Below are positions 16,039-25,753 of a stretch of 64,000 nucleotides of DNA, piece after piece (position 1 is the first letter of the stretch; each line of letters begins with the position of its first letter). The stretch is from Spirochaetota bacterium (GTDB taxonomy: Bacteria > Spirochaetota > UBA4802 > UBA5550). The notes beneath the pieces were generated by a model that had not been told where the DNA came from, made no database searches, and saw only the letters and a program-made list of their open reading frames with translations. The translations under genes and the position numbers were made by a program. Location: the NCBI GenBank assembly GCA_016933025.1, contig JAFGBT010000006.1, forward strand, positions 155,078 to 219,077, in the 5' to 3' direction.

Positions 16039-16800
16039 TCACGATTCGACGTCTCCGCGTGCGGACAGCTCGTCAAGGATTACGCCGCGGGCCCGTTTGA
16101 TAAGATCGCCGATAGTACTCTCATCGTAGCCGGAAATATCGATGGCCGGGTGAATGACCATGGTTGCGGTCCCCGGGAAGAGGTTCCATGACCTTGGAGA
16201 AAGAATACGTCGCGTTCCCGAGATAGTGACGGCAAGTACCGGAAGGCCGAGCTCACGCGCAATCACGAATGCGCCCTTCTTGAATTCGCCGAGCTCTCCC
16301 GTGCGGCTGCGCGTGCCCTCGGGGAGCATGATGACAGAAGTACCGCCGGTGACCTTCTTCCGGGCGGCATCGAGCGTACTCTTCAGGGCCTCCGGGCTCG
16401 ACCGGTCTATGTAGATGTTGCCGCCCATCTCGCCCGCGTACCCAAACACCGGCACCTTCCGGAGCTCGGCCTTCATCACCCACTTGACCTCGATGCCGAG
16501 CCAGCCATACAGGACCAGAATGTCATAGTGGCTCTGGTGGTTGGCGACAACCATGTACGACCGCCCCTTCTCTATGTTCTCCCTTCCGACAACCTTCACC
16601 CGGATGGGCGTTATATAGCTGACGAACCTCGCCCACCAGACCCCGGTGGTGCGGTGCGCAATCCGGTCGTTGAACAGGACGACGAACAGGGCACCCAATG
16701 CAACGAAGAAACAGGTTGCTATCAACATGAGAGGGACGAACACCAGAAACTTGTAGGGCTGGTATAGAATCCAAATGATTTTTCGCAGCATACTCATCAT
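16039..16800 (-). CDS. plsC: 1-acyl-sn-glycerol-3-phosphate acyltransferase
   Basis: Acyltransferase motifs NHQSHYD and PEGTRS; AAGGGG RBS at the chosen start. Confidence 0.85.
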   Translation of the reverse strand: MMSMLRKIIWILYQPYKFLVFVPLMLIATCFFVALGALFVVLFNDRIAHRTTGVWWARFVSYITPIRVKVVGRENIEKGRSYMVVANHQSHYDILVLYGWLGIEVKWVMKAELRKVPVFGYAGEMGGNIYIDRSSPEALKSTLDAARKKVTGGTSVIMLPEGTRSRTGELGEFKKGAFVIARELGLPVLAVTISGTRRILSPRSWNLFPGTATMVIHPAIDISGYDESTIGDLIKRARGVILDELSARGDVES

Positions 16801-16847
16801 CAACCCCTTGATTAAATGACAGGAATGGAACTCAGAACCATCAGCAA

Positions 16848-17391
16848 TCATTTAAACGGGAAATAAGCGGTCCATACAATGGCGTCCAGCAGTACCGTCT
16901 GCACACAGAAAGCCGCACACCCGACGACCGCAATCCGGTGCGCCCACACCGGCGCGGCAGGCTGCACCATGACCACCGAAGCCAGGAGCAGAAGGGAGGC
17001 GATACCTGTTATCGCCAGGACAAGCCTGACTGCGACCCACGTCAGCAGGGCCGGCTGACCGATCAACGCGAACGTAAACGGCATCCAGAGTGCGGACGGC
17101 ACAAGAATGAAAGCGTAGAGCCAGTTGAACAGACTGTAGGAAAAATGGCCGGCCACCGAGACCTCGTCCGGGTCGAGCCGAAACATGATGAAATAGGTGA
17201 ACGCCAGGTAGCCCGCGGCCGCGCAAAACATCGACACCGTGTAATAGGGCATGAGCGTCCTCGGCACCTCGCCCCAGAGCGCGCCGCGCGTGTCCGGGTG
17301 GGTGATAATGCCGATGGCATAGCTGCCGAGCACCGCGGCGCCGCCGATGATGTTGATCACAAGAAGGATGAGTTTTTGGTTGTGAAAGTTC
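16848..17391 (-). CDS. hypothetical integral membrane protein
   Basis: Five to six hydrophobic helices; start placed at the ATG with GGAGAA RBS; no family recognised. Confidence 0.5.
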
Positions 17392-17559
17392 ATAAAATTC
17401 TCCACGGCACGTAACGTCGAGTATTTATATGTATGATATCTATTGAAAAAAAACGACCGGTCAATCATAAAATCCAGCACACCAATAAATTACTAACGAA
17501 ACCCGAAGAATTCTGGCGGAAATATTGACAGTGACGAAAAATATGACTATAATTATCGC

Positions 17560-18099
17560 ATGAAATATAAACTATTGAAAAACCCGATCTCATTTATTGC
17601 ATCGTCCCTTCTGCTTCTATGTGGCTGCGGTGAAAAGCCGTCTCTTAAAACAGTGACCGGCGTGGACATCAAGCGCTTCATGGGCGACTGGTACGTGATC
17701 GCCAACATTCCCACGTTCCTTGAAAAAGGGGCGCACAACGCGGTCGAGTCGTACTCGCTTGACGCGGACGGAACGATCGCAACGACCTTCACCTTCCGCA
17801 AGGGCGGCTTCGACGGCCCGGTAAAGACCTATCACCCGCGGGGATTCATCCGCGACCCCAAAACAAACGCCGTCTGGGACATGCAGTTTTTGTGGCCGCT
17901 CAGGTCGGAGTATCTCATTATCTATCTCAGCAGGGATTATTCGGTCACGGTCATCGGCCGCAGCAAGCTCGACTATGTCTGGATCATGGCGCGCAGACCC
18001 GCAATCAGCGAAGCCGACTACCGGTCGCTTCTCAAGCTCCTGGCGGACGTCGGGTATGACGTGGACAGAGTGCGGAAGGTGCCGCAGAAATGGGATTGA
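17560..18099 (+). CDS. blc: bacterial lipocalin Blc (outer-membrane lipoprotein)
   Basis: Lipobox LLLCGC; lipocalin SCR1 motif GDWYVIA; about 179 aa. Confidence 0.85.
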   Translation: MKYKLLKNPISFIASSLLLLCGCGEKPSLKTVTGVDIKRFMGDWYVIANIPTFLEKGAHNAVESYSLDADGTIATTFTFRKGGFDGPVKTYHPRGFIRDPKTNAVWDMQFLWPLRSEYLIIYLSRDYSVTVIGRSKLDYVWIMARRPAISEADYRSLLKLLADVGYDVDRVRKVPQKWD

Positions 18100-18123
18100 A
18101 TCATGCATGCCGGGCGGTGTCAC

Positions 18124-18163
18124 GCGCATGTGAGCGAGGTCACATGACCTCGCTCACATGCGC
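18124..18163 (+). terminator. 40-bp perfect palindrome GCGCATGTGAGCGAGGTCA CATGACCTCGCTCACATGCGC, 25 nt after the blc stop, followed by a T8 run
   Basis: Read directly; shares the GCGAGGTCACRTGACCTCGC core with the 13349 palindrome. Confidence 0.55.
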
Positions 18164-18292
18164 ACAAATAATCATTTTTTTTCGTCCTGGAACTTAAACG
18201 TATGCTCCACGTATTTCTTCCCGCCGCACCCCGAGAAAAATGAAACCGTAGCTTCAGAAATTCCGGGGCTCGCAGCGCTATCTACAGCCGAC

Positions 18293-19468
18293 ATGATCGG
18301 CCAATCGCCCGCGGCCGCGGAGGAAGCCGGGAATCCGCTGCACAATATAAGGATCTTCGTCGTGGACGATGAGCCGGTTAACCTCCAGGTCCTCAGGAAT
18401 AACCTCTTCCTGGCCGGGATACAGGTCGAAACAGCGTCCGGCGCATTCGAGGCGCTGGAAAAACTTGAAACTGGATACCTCCCCGACATCATCCTTCTCG
18501 ATATTATGATGCCACGTATGAACGGGTACGAGTTATGCAAGATAATACGGAAGAGCCACAGCATCAGCGAAATGCCGATCATTTTCCTCACCGCGAAGGA
18601 CCGCACGTCGGACCTGATTGAGGGACTCTCGAGCGGTGCCAACGATTACATATCCAAACCCTTTTCGCCTCACGAGCTCATCGCCCGGGTCAACACGCAG
18701 ATCGCGCTGAAAAAGGCTGTCAAGGACAGGGAAAAGCTTGTCTCCATCAGGAACGAGCTCAGAATCGCGAGGGAAATACAGCAGGCCATCATACCCAAGC
18801 ACTACCCGCTCATGTCGGGACTTGACATTCAGGGCGAATATATTCCAATGGAGGCAGTCGGCGGTGATTTTTTTGATTTCCATCTTTTTGACGGGAAGAG
18901 GATCGGCATTGTAATCGCAGACGTATCGGGCCACGGCATTCCGGCAGCAATCGTGGCGGCGATGGTCAAGGTGGCCTTCTCGCTTTCACTCGGCGACGCA
19001 CACCGGCCGGACAGGGTACTGGAGACAATACAGCAAACCCTGATAGACAAGCTGGGCAACAATTTCCTGACCGCGGGCTACGTCTATATTGACGTTGAAG
19101 CCGGGACGATCAGCAGCTCCCGCGCCGGTCACCTGCCAGTGCTGGTCTTCAGGAAAAGCGAGAAAAAATTCTACGAGCTCTACCCCGCCGGCGGCATGAT
19201 CAGCAGGCTGGGGGAAAACCTTTTTGAGACGACTGACATGAAACTCGCTGAAGGTGACCGTATTATACTCTTTACGGACGGGATAGTCGAGATCACCGAC
19301 CGTTCGGACGTCATGTTCGAAACAGAACGTCTGATGAAGTTCATAGAGCGCAATTCAGAAAGAACCGCAAAAGAACTCTGCCGGACACTCGTGAAAGAAC
19401 TGACGATATGGGCCGGCAAGGATACATTCAATGACGATCTCACCCTGCTGATCATAGACATAACATGA
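18293..19468 (+). CDS. response regulator receiver fused to PP2C (SpoIIE/RsbU-type) phosphatase
   Basis: Receiver residues VVDDE...DIILLDIMMP...LTAK; PP2C motifs GGDFFDF, IADVSGHG, ILFTDG. Start placed at the internal ATG 18293 because the 18158 start lies inside the palindrome; start uncertain. Confidence 0.8.
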   Translation: MIGQSPAAAEEAGNPLHNIRIFVVDDEPVNLQVLRNNLFLAGIQVETASGAFEALEKLETGYLPDIILLDIMMPRMNGYELCKIIRKSHSISEMPIIFLTAKDRTSDLIEGLSSGANDYISKPFSPHELIARVNTQIALKKAVKDREKLVSIRNELRIAREIQQAIIPKHYPLMSGLDIQGEYIPMEAVGGDFFDFHLFDGKRIGIVIADVSGHGIPAAIVAAMVKVAFSLSLGDAHRPDRVLETIQQTLIDKLGNNFLTAGYVYIDVEAGTISSSRAGHLPVLVFRKSEKKFYELYPAGGMISRLGENLFETTDMKLAEGDRIILFTDGIVEITDRSDVMFETERLMKFIERNSERTAKELCRTLVKELTIWAGKDTFNDDLTLLIIDIT

Positions 19469-19570
19469 CAGGGCAACACGCGATCCTGTCTTCGGGTAAA
19501 ACAAACGGGGAAAAAATCTTAAGCCGTACCGACGCCTCTTGTCCCAGTCCACCACCCGCGGAAATTGTAT

Positions 19571-20113
19571 TCAGTGTTGAGCGGCGGGGCCGCGCAGCCC
19601 CGTAATCGCCTTTTCAAGGCGGGCAATCGTATCCTCATGCGCGCCCACCTCGCTGAAAACAATATACCCATCGCTGTTGACCAAAAACGTAGCGGGGAGC
19701 ACCTTGCTCGAATTGTATTTCTCAAGCGCCACATGATATATATCGAGAATGAACTCCTCGGAAATGCCGATCTTTTTCAGGAAATCCGATGCCTTTTTCT
19801 TAGCGCTCCCCGAGCTGTCATTGATGTCAGCGGATATAAGCAGGAGCGTGAGATTCTTTTCCCTGCGGTATTTTTTCCCCAATCCGACCACATCGGGGAG
19901 CTCCCTTTTGCAGGGCCGGCAATAGCTGGCAAAAAATGATATGAGAATGTTCCCCTTAATCGACGACTTGAAAACCATTCTGCCGCTGCTGGCGGCAAGG
20001 GCAAAATTCGGAGCCTTCCGATAGGCCGTATGGGCCGGGACCAGTGAAAGCAGAAGCAGAATAATCAGGCCTGTTTGCATTGATTTCATGGAGGCACCGC
20101 CGTCCCTCATCAT
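19571..20113 (-). CDS. TlpA/ResA-like thiol-disulfide oxidoreductase (thioredoxin fold), secreted
   Basis: CRPC active site; signal peptide; thioredoxin-like layout. Confidence 0.7.
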   Translation of the reverse strand: MMRDGGASMKSMQTGLIILLLLSLVPAHTAYRKAPNFALAASSGRMVFKSSIKGNILISFFASYCRPCKRELPDVVGLGKKYRREKNLTLLLISADINDSSGSAKKKASDFLKKIGISEEFILDIYHVALEKYNSSKVLPATFLVNSDGYIVFSEVGAHEDTIARLEKAITGLRGPAAQH

Positions 20114-21108
20114 CAAAATCTCCGGGCCAACCCTATGCTGAAATTAAAGCTCATAGTATTCATCCGGTACGGGTCGACAAAATTCTCCGGCGGAAATACC
20201 ACCGCAATATCACCTGCTCCCATGGCGGCATCCGCAGTATTGTAATGGATATAGCGGCCGATGAAGGTGATGAACATGATGGCGGCGAAACCGCCAAACC
20301 CCGCCCCGACGTAAAAGGCCGTGTTCCTCCCGCGCTCCGCTCTTTTAATTGCGTCCTTCTTGCTCTGGCTGTCCATTAAAAAATAAAGGGCCATGGCCGG
20401 TCCAAATCCCGAGGATCCCGCCAGCATGAACAGCGAGCCGTTGGACTGCATTTTCAAAGGATCGACGGTGAACTTGTAATGCAGCGCTCCGCCGGCGCAC
20501 ACGATGCCACCCGCAATAAGCGACCCCAGTGATATCCATGTGGTCGGATCCGAAACAGCGTCATAGGACGAATATCCTGTATAGGAATAATACCTGACCC
20601 CCTTGATTTTATTTGATGCGTCTTCCTTCGGCTTAGCCTTCTTGCCGGTTATTCGCTCGGTCAGCTTGCTGCAGAACTCATCCACCCCGCTGATCAGGTC
20701 GTTGTGGTTCGATACCGTCACTTTTTCGCTGAACTCATCAATGCCCTTTTCCACATCGACAACCCTGCCGGTGATGGCGATGCTGTCGCCGATCCTCATG
20801 ATGCTGCCGACCAGTATCTTCCGGGCCGACAGGAGCTTGCCCACCTGTACAGCGCAGGTCACATCCGTACAGCCGGTCATCTGGAAGCCCTGCTCCTTCA
20901 GGATCTTGTCCACCTGGGCGCGTTCAATCAATATATATGCGCCGCTGTTTATCAACTCGTTGCGAATGAGCTCCGAAACCTTTACTGCGTCCGCCCGTCT
21001 GAAATCATGGGCGGCGAAATCCATTATCGCCATGGTCATTTTCTCCGCGGCCATGATCGGCTGCGCAACGACCAAAATGAACACCAGTAAAAAAACGATC
21101 CTTTTCAT
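20113..21108 (-). CDS. CsgG-like (COG1462-type) periplasmic domain protein with Gly-rich hydrophobic C-terminal half
   Basis: Signal peptide; MAIMDF...LIERAQVDKILKEQGFQMTG...VGKLLSARKILVGSI pattern; GGGGAA RBS at the trimmed start. Confidence 0.5.
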   Translation of the reverse strand: MKRIVFLLVFILVVAQPIMAAEKMTMAIMDFAAHDFRRADAVKVSELIRNELINSGAYILIERAQVDKILKEQGFQMTGCTDVTCAVQVGKLLSARKILVGSIMRIGDSIAITGRVVDVEKGIDEFSEKVTVSNHNDLISGVDEFCSKLTERITGKKAKPKEDASNKIKGVRYYSYTGYSSYDAVSDPTTWISLGSLIAGGIVCAGGALHYKFTVDPLKMQSNGSLFMLAGSSGFGPAMALYFLMDSQSKKDAIKRAERGRNTAFYVGAGFGGFAAIMFITFIGRYIHYNTADAAMGAGDIAVVFPPENFVDPYRMNTMSFNFSIGLARRF

Positions 21109-21371
21109 ATCGGTTCCCCTGTGGAGAATATACAGATGTCGCCGCAACCGGGCGGAAAAATGGCCTGAAAAATCAGGCCATCGGATTTCGACTTTCAGTT
21201 AAATTTTTATAACCGGTATTAACAGAATATAGATAACAGTTATTTTTCAAATAATCACTGCTATTCGAGTCTATTGTCAATCATTAATTATCAAATGTAT
21301 GCGGTCCGAAGAAAACCGCTGCCGTCGTTACTCGATTTAAGCGGCCAGAGGTCCGGGGATACGGCGGTTTC

Positions 21372-21400
21372 AGTCAAAATAAGCGGCGCTTCACGCGCCG
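21372..21400 (-). terminator. rho-independent terminator candidate after the acyl-CoA dehydrogenase gene (GGCGCGTGAAGCGCC followed by a T-rich run, minus strand)
   Basis: Hairpin at 21385-21399 followed by TTATTTTG on the minus strand. Confidence 0.5.
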
Positions 21401-21429
21401 TTGGCGTGTAGATCAATGAATGTTTTACC

Positions 21430-22587
21430 CTATACGTCGTAGCACCCGATCTTCCTCGATATGACAATCCGCTGGACTTCCGAGGTGCCCTCGCCGATGG
21501 TGAGAAGCTTGTAGTCGCGAAAGAAGCGCTCGATATTGTATTCCTTCATCAGGCCGTAGCCGCCGTGGAGCTGCACCGCCTCGTCGACCACGCAGCCCAT
21601 CACCTCAGAGCAGTAGAGCTTGGCCATGGCAGCCTCCTTGCCGAAGGGCCTCCCGGTATCCTTGAGCTTGCAGGCCTTGTAAAGGAGATTGCGCGCGGCC
21701 TCGATTTCCGTGGCCATGTCGGCCAGTTTGAAGGCGTTCACCTGAAACGTGGAGATCGGCTTGCCGAACTGCTTGCGCTCCTTCGCGTACTTCATCGCCA
21801 GCTCGTACGCGCCCTGGGCCCCGCCGAGCCCCATGGCAGCAATTGCCAGCCTGCCGTTGTCCAGGGTCTGAAGCATCTGGTGAAACCCCTCGCCCCGCCT
21901 TCCGAGAAGGTTCTCCTCCGGGACCCGGCAGTCGTCGAAGTAGAGCTCGCCGGTGTCAGAGGCGCGCCACATCATCTTTCCGGTCATCTTTTTCTGCGCG
22001 AAGCCCTTCGTCCCGTTCGGCACCAGGATGCAGGAGACCTCCTTCTTGCCGTCCGGCTTGGTCCCGGTGATGGACTGCACCGTGCAGACGCCCGCCATCC
22101 TGCTGGTCGAGTTTGTGATGAATATTTTGGAGCCGTTAATGACCCACTCGCCGCTCTCGAGTTTCGCGTTCGTTTTGCTCGCGCCCGCGTCCGAGCCTGC
22201 CTCCGGCTCGGTGAGGCCGAAGGAGGCCAGGATCTCTCCCCTGCAGAGCCGCGGGAGCCACTCCTCCCTCTGCTTCTCGTTCCCGTAATAGTAGATTGGC
22301 CCGATGCCGAGGGAATTGCCGGCCGCCACCGTGGCGCCGTGGGAACCGTCTATCCGGCATATCTCCTCAACGGCGACGCAGTAGGAGAGATAGTCCATGC
22401 CGGCGCCGCCCCACTTCTCCGGGACGTATATGCCGAAAAGGCCCATAGACGCCATCTTCTCCGTTATCTCGCAGGAGAACTCCTCCTTTTCGTCGAGCTC
22501 CCGCGCCTTCGGGCCGATCTCCTTCTCCGCAAACTCGCGCACGTTGTAGCGGAGCATCTTCTGCTCGTCGTTAAGCCAGAAGTCCAT
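21430..22587 (-). CDS. acyl-CoA dehydrogenase (catalytic Glu present: IGEGTSEVQ)
   Basis: Full ACAD architecture, 385 aa; C-terminal YEGT-type motif. Confidence 0.9.
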   Translation of the reverse strand: MDFWLNDEQKMLRYNVREFAEKEIGPKARELDEKEEFSCEITEKMASMGLFGIYVPEKWGGAGMDYLSYCVAVEEICRIDGSHGATVAAGNSLGIGPIYYYGNEKQREEWLPRLCRGEILASFGLTEPEAGSDAGASKTNAKLESGEWVINGSKIFITNSTSRMAGVCTVQSITGTKPDGKKEVSCILVPNGTKGFAQKKMTGKMMWRASDTGELYFDDCRVPEENLLGRRGEGFHQMLQTLDNGRLAIAAMGLGGAQGAYELAMKYAKERKQFGKPISTFQVNAFKLADMATEIEAARNLLYKACKLKDTGRPFGKEAAMAKLYCSEVMGCVVDEAVQLHGGYGLMKEYNIERFFRDYKLLTIGEGTSEVQRIVISRKIGCYDV

Positions 22588-22610
22588 GGTTGTCCTCCAT
22601 TGTTACGGCA

Positions 22611-22715
22611 TTCTTGACAATCCCCCTAAATGGGGCCGCCCCAAAAGTCTCCTGCGACGCCCCCCCAACCCCCCGGAGGGGGGCTTGTGAGACAGCCCCG
22701 TTGGGGGGCGGGACG
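22611..22715. repeat. G/C-tract modular repeat copy R3 (inverted orientation relative to R1)
   Basis: The reverse complement contains GGCTGTCTCACAAGCCCCCCTCCGGGGGGTTGGGGGGGCG, matching the start and second module of R1. Confidence 0.55.
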
Positions 22716-22725
22716 TCGGGCCTCA

Positions 22726-23316
22726 CTAGAAAGAAAACCCCTTCGGCAGCTGATCTGCCTCCGTCCCATCGGGCACCCATGCCAGGTCGAGAATGGTATA
22801 GGTGGGATCCAATGTTTGGAAGATGGGGACCACACGCATGCCCATTTTCGGCTCGCCGACCGAGAGGTAGCTCATCAGGATGGTGCAGACGCCGTCGAAT
22901 TCTATGTTGATAAACTTAATCGGCTTATCAAGAATATTAAAAGCGCCCGACCGCTCGCACACCATGAAGGTGTGGACCTTCGCGGTCTTCTTCGCGATGT
23001 TCGTCATGTCTATCGGCGTCATCTTCGCCAGGCAGTCCGGGCAGTGGATGCGGAACGGCTGGTAGATGGACCCTTTCGTCTCGCATTTCGGGTTGTCGCA
23101 ACGCGTCGCCATCAACCTGCCCTGGCTCAGGGACTCGAAGAAGAGCGCCTCACCGCCGTACGAATGCATATACGTCATATCGCGCGGGTTCGTCACTCCC
23201 ATCAGCTTCCAGGCGTCATCCGCGTTCCGGATCGGGGTATTTGGAGTAAAATGATGGAAGTCTCCCTTTATCTTGTACTGATTGTTTTTAACGTGCACCT
23301 GTCCTATCATACTCAT
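22726..23316 (-). CDS. DUF35 family protein (rubredoxin-like Zn ribbon plus OB-fold), thiolase/aldolase partner
   Basis: Zn ribbon RCDNPKCETKG...HCPDC followed by an OB-fold region; immediately downstream of a thiolase-like gene. Confidence 0.75.
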   Translation of the reverse strand: MSMIGQVHVKNNQYKIKGDFHHFTPNTPIRNADDAWKLMGVTNPRDMTYMHSYGGEALFFESLSQGRLMATRCDNPKCETKGSIYQPFRIHCPDCLAKMTPIDMTNIAKKTAKVHTFMVCERSGAFNILDKPIKFINIEFDGVCTILMSYLSVGEPKMGMRVVPIFQTLDPTYTILDLAWVPDGTEADQLPKGFSF

Positions 23317-23327
23317 GGCCCATCCTC

Positions 23328-24764
23328 CTACGCGTCCTTCTTAATGAGATTTTCGGGGTTCATCAATATCGTCGCCGTCACGTGCGAGCCGACGCCGGCA
23401 TGGCTGATTGCAAGACCGCGCTTTGCGCCCTTGACCTGAAGGTCCGTCCAGTCAGCGGGCTTCTGGCGGCCGAACGCCTTCCATCTCTTCTCGTCGCCGT
23501 GGACCTCCGCCCAGCGGTTCCAGAGATGGCACGCAATCTCGAACACCTGCATGATGCCGGTCGCGCCGACCGAGTGCATGCAGCCGATCAGTCCGCCGGA
23601 GATGTTTGACGGAAGCTTGCCCGGCTTGCCGGTTTTCGGGCTGGTGTGATAGCAGTCTCCTGACTCAACATAGTCGCGGCCGCAGCCGTAGGGCCGCAGC
23701 CCGATGTCCTCGTAGGTCTGTACGTCACTGATGGTGAAGGCGTCGTGCAGCTCGATGACGTCAAGGTCCTCGGTCGGATCCTTGATGCCGACCTGATTAT
23801 AGGCGTAGTACGCCGCCATACGGGCGGCCAGGAACCCGGTGAATCCCGGATAGCGCTCGCCGCCGGGGAATTTCTTGCCGAGGTCCTTGTACTGATCCTT
23901 GGTCTCGTTCGGCAGGAGCGGTATCTCCATGTCGCGCCGGTCCGCCGGCCGCAACGTGTGAGAACCCGCCGTCACCCATATCCGCAGCGGCTTGTGGGGA
24001 GCGTTCTTCGCGAGCTTCATCGCCGTCTCCTCATCGCAGAGAATTCCACACGAAGCGCCGACGCTCATCAGGCAGCAATCCAGAGCGCGAAGCGGGTGCG
24101 CCACCACCGGAGAGTTGAGCACGTCTTCAACCGTTATCTTCATCGGCCCGTGCGCGTAGGGATTCATGCGCGCGTAGCCGTGGTGTTTCACGGATATCTC
24201 CGCCAGGGTTCTCCGGAACGAGTCCTCCTCCTTGCCGAAGACCTTCCAGTACTTCTGCGCCATAACGGCATAGTAGCCCGTGTAAATATGGCCCAGCGGG
24301 GATTCCCAGTCCTTGTCGGCCGCGCATGATATGAGGAAGTTGCCCTCGTCCGTGGGGACCTCGTCCATCCGTTCCCAGCCCATGCAGAGCACGCAGTCGG
24401 AATAGCCGGATGCCACGGCCTTAACGCCCTCCCAGAGTGTTGTGCCGCCGGTCGCGCCGCCTGTTTTAACGCCGCAGTTGCCCAGCGGGTCGAGCCCGAG
24501 CCGGTCATGGATGACCGCCTCGCCGAGGAGCTGGTCGCCGAAATGGTCGGCAAAATGACCGTAGTAACAGGTGTGGATGTAACTCTTGAGCTCCGCCGGG
24601 GTCATGTCGATCATCTCCGCCGCCTGCGTGAGTGCATCGATGCAGAGCTCCTCCGTCCTTTTGCCCGGGAAGGCACGATCGAACTTCGACTGCCCCGCGG
24701 TCACCAGATAGACCGGCCGCATCAATTTAGGTATTGATAGTTGTCTGTCGCTGAATGTTATCAT
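23328..24764 (-). CDS. SCP2-type thiolase-like protein lacking the nucleophilic Cys (Ltp2-like retro-aldolase candidate)
   Basis: Thiolase fold (KTGGATGG...VASGYSDCVLCMGWERM; C-terminal ISGGLIGCMHSVGATG). Gly aligns with the Cys of paralog 30361-31518. Start uncertain (24764 or 24722). Confidence 0.75.
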   Translation of the reverse strand: MITFSDRQLSIPKLMRPVYLVTAGQSKFDRAFPGKRTEELCIDALTQAAEMIDMTPAELKSYIHTCYYGHFADHFGDQLLGEAVIHDRLGLDPLGNCGVKTGGATGGTTLWEGVKAVASGYSDCVLCMGWERMDEVPTDEGNFLISCAADKDWESPLGHIYTGYYAVMAQKYWKVFGKEEDSFRRTLAEISVKHHGYARMNPYAHGPMKITVEDVLNSPVVAHPLRALDCCLMSVGASCGILCDEETAMKLAKNAPHKPLRIWVTAGSHTLRPADRRDMEIPLLPNETKDQYKDLGKKFPGGERYPGFTGFLAARMAAYYAYNQVGIKDPTEDLDVIELHDAFTISDVQTYEDIGLRPYGCGRDYVESGDCYHTSPKTGKPGKLPSNISGGLIGCMHSVGATGIMQVFEIACHLWNRWAEVHGDEKRWKAFGRQKPADWTDLQVKGAKRGLAISHAGVGSHVTATILMNPENLIKKDA

Positions 24765-24854
24765 AAACCAAATACCTCGTGTATAAAATCTTTAACGTAA
24801 TATCGCATATCCGCCTGAAGGCGCGGTTGCGTTCCCGCGCCTTCAGGCGGAAGC

Positions 24855-25241
24855 CTATACTTCCACCTCCGCCTCGACCTTCTGGAGCACCTCGACGCCG
24901 GTCTGCCTGGTGACTTTCAGGTCGACCTTTGCCCTGTTGCCCTGTATGTCTGACACGGCGCCCTCTATCGATATCGTGTCCTCGAGCATCACCGGCGCGC
25001 TGAACCGGCACCTGATCTTCTTGAGCTTGCCCGGATCGCCCGCCCAGTCGGTGACGGTCTTTGCCGCAAACGCGAGGGTGCAGAGACCCTGTAAAATTGC
25101 TCCGCCCAGGCCGACCATCTTGCCGAAATCCGGGTCGATGTGGATCGGGTTGAAATCTCCTGACGCGCCGGCATAATATATGGCCCGGTATTTATCGACT
25201 TTCTCGCTGCCGCTGAATGTCTCTCCTTTTTCGATAGCCAT
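24855..25241 (-). CDS. MaoC-like (R)-specific enoyl-CoA hydratase, C-terminal hot-dog subunit
   Basis: Motif GDFNPIHID; start at the internal ATG with AGGAGG RBS. Confidence 0.75.
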   Translation of the reverse strand: MAIEKGETFSGSEKVDKYRAIYYAGASGDFNPIHIDPDFGKMVGLGGAILQGLCTLAFAAKTVTDWAGDPGKLKKIRCRFSAPVMLEDTISIEGAVSDIQGNRAKVDLKVTRQTGVEVLQKVEAEVEV

Positions 25242-25252
25242 GGGCGTTCCTC

Positions 25253-25690
25253 CTACTTTCTCACCACAAAAGTGTATAACCCCCGGCACACGCTCCTGCC
25301 GTGCTGGTTCTTCGAAATCCCCTCGATGGTTATAACATCGAGCTTCTCCTTGTTCCTGATATCGCTGATTTTCGCCGTCGTGGTGATGGCATCGCCGGCC
25401 TTCACGACCTCGAAGAATTCGAACTCCTGCTCGCCGTGGACCAGCATCGCCATGTTCAGGTTAAGCTCGCTGTCCAAGAATATTGGCTCGATCAGATACG
25501 CGCCGAACACGACCGCGAAGGTCGGCGGAGCAATGATCGCGCCATATTTCGATTTTTTCGCAAACGCCTCGTCCATGAAATGGGGATCCTGGTTCTTGAT
25601 GGCCTTGGCGTACTCCTTGATCTTGTCCTTGCTCACATCGTAGGTGTACGACGGATACTCCTTGCCGATGAACTTCGTGTCTATTGCCAT
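25253..25690 (-). CDS. MaoC-like dehydratase N-terminal-type hot-dog subunit
   Basis: Hot-dog fold with HGEQEFEF; pairs with the adjacent C-terminal-type subunit. Confidence 0.7.
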   Translation of the reverse strand: MAIDTKFIGKEYPSYTYDVSKDKIKEYAKAIKNQDPHFMDEAFAKKSKYGAIIAPPTFAVVFGAYLIEPIFLDSELNLNMAMLVHGEQEFEFFEVVKAGDAITTTAKISDIRNKEKLDVITIEGISKNQHGRSVCRGLYTFVVRK

Positions 25691-25710
25691 ATCGTTTACT
25701 CCTTCTCATT

Positions 25711-25750
25711 CCCCCCCTCTCACCGTGGGAGAGGGGGTTGGGGGGGTGAA
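25711..25750. repeat. short G/C-tract repeat copy (CCCCCCCTCTCACCGTGGGAGAGGGGGTTGGGGGGGTG)
   Basis: Matches modules of R2 and R7. Confidence 0.4.
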
Positions 25751-25753
25751 GCA

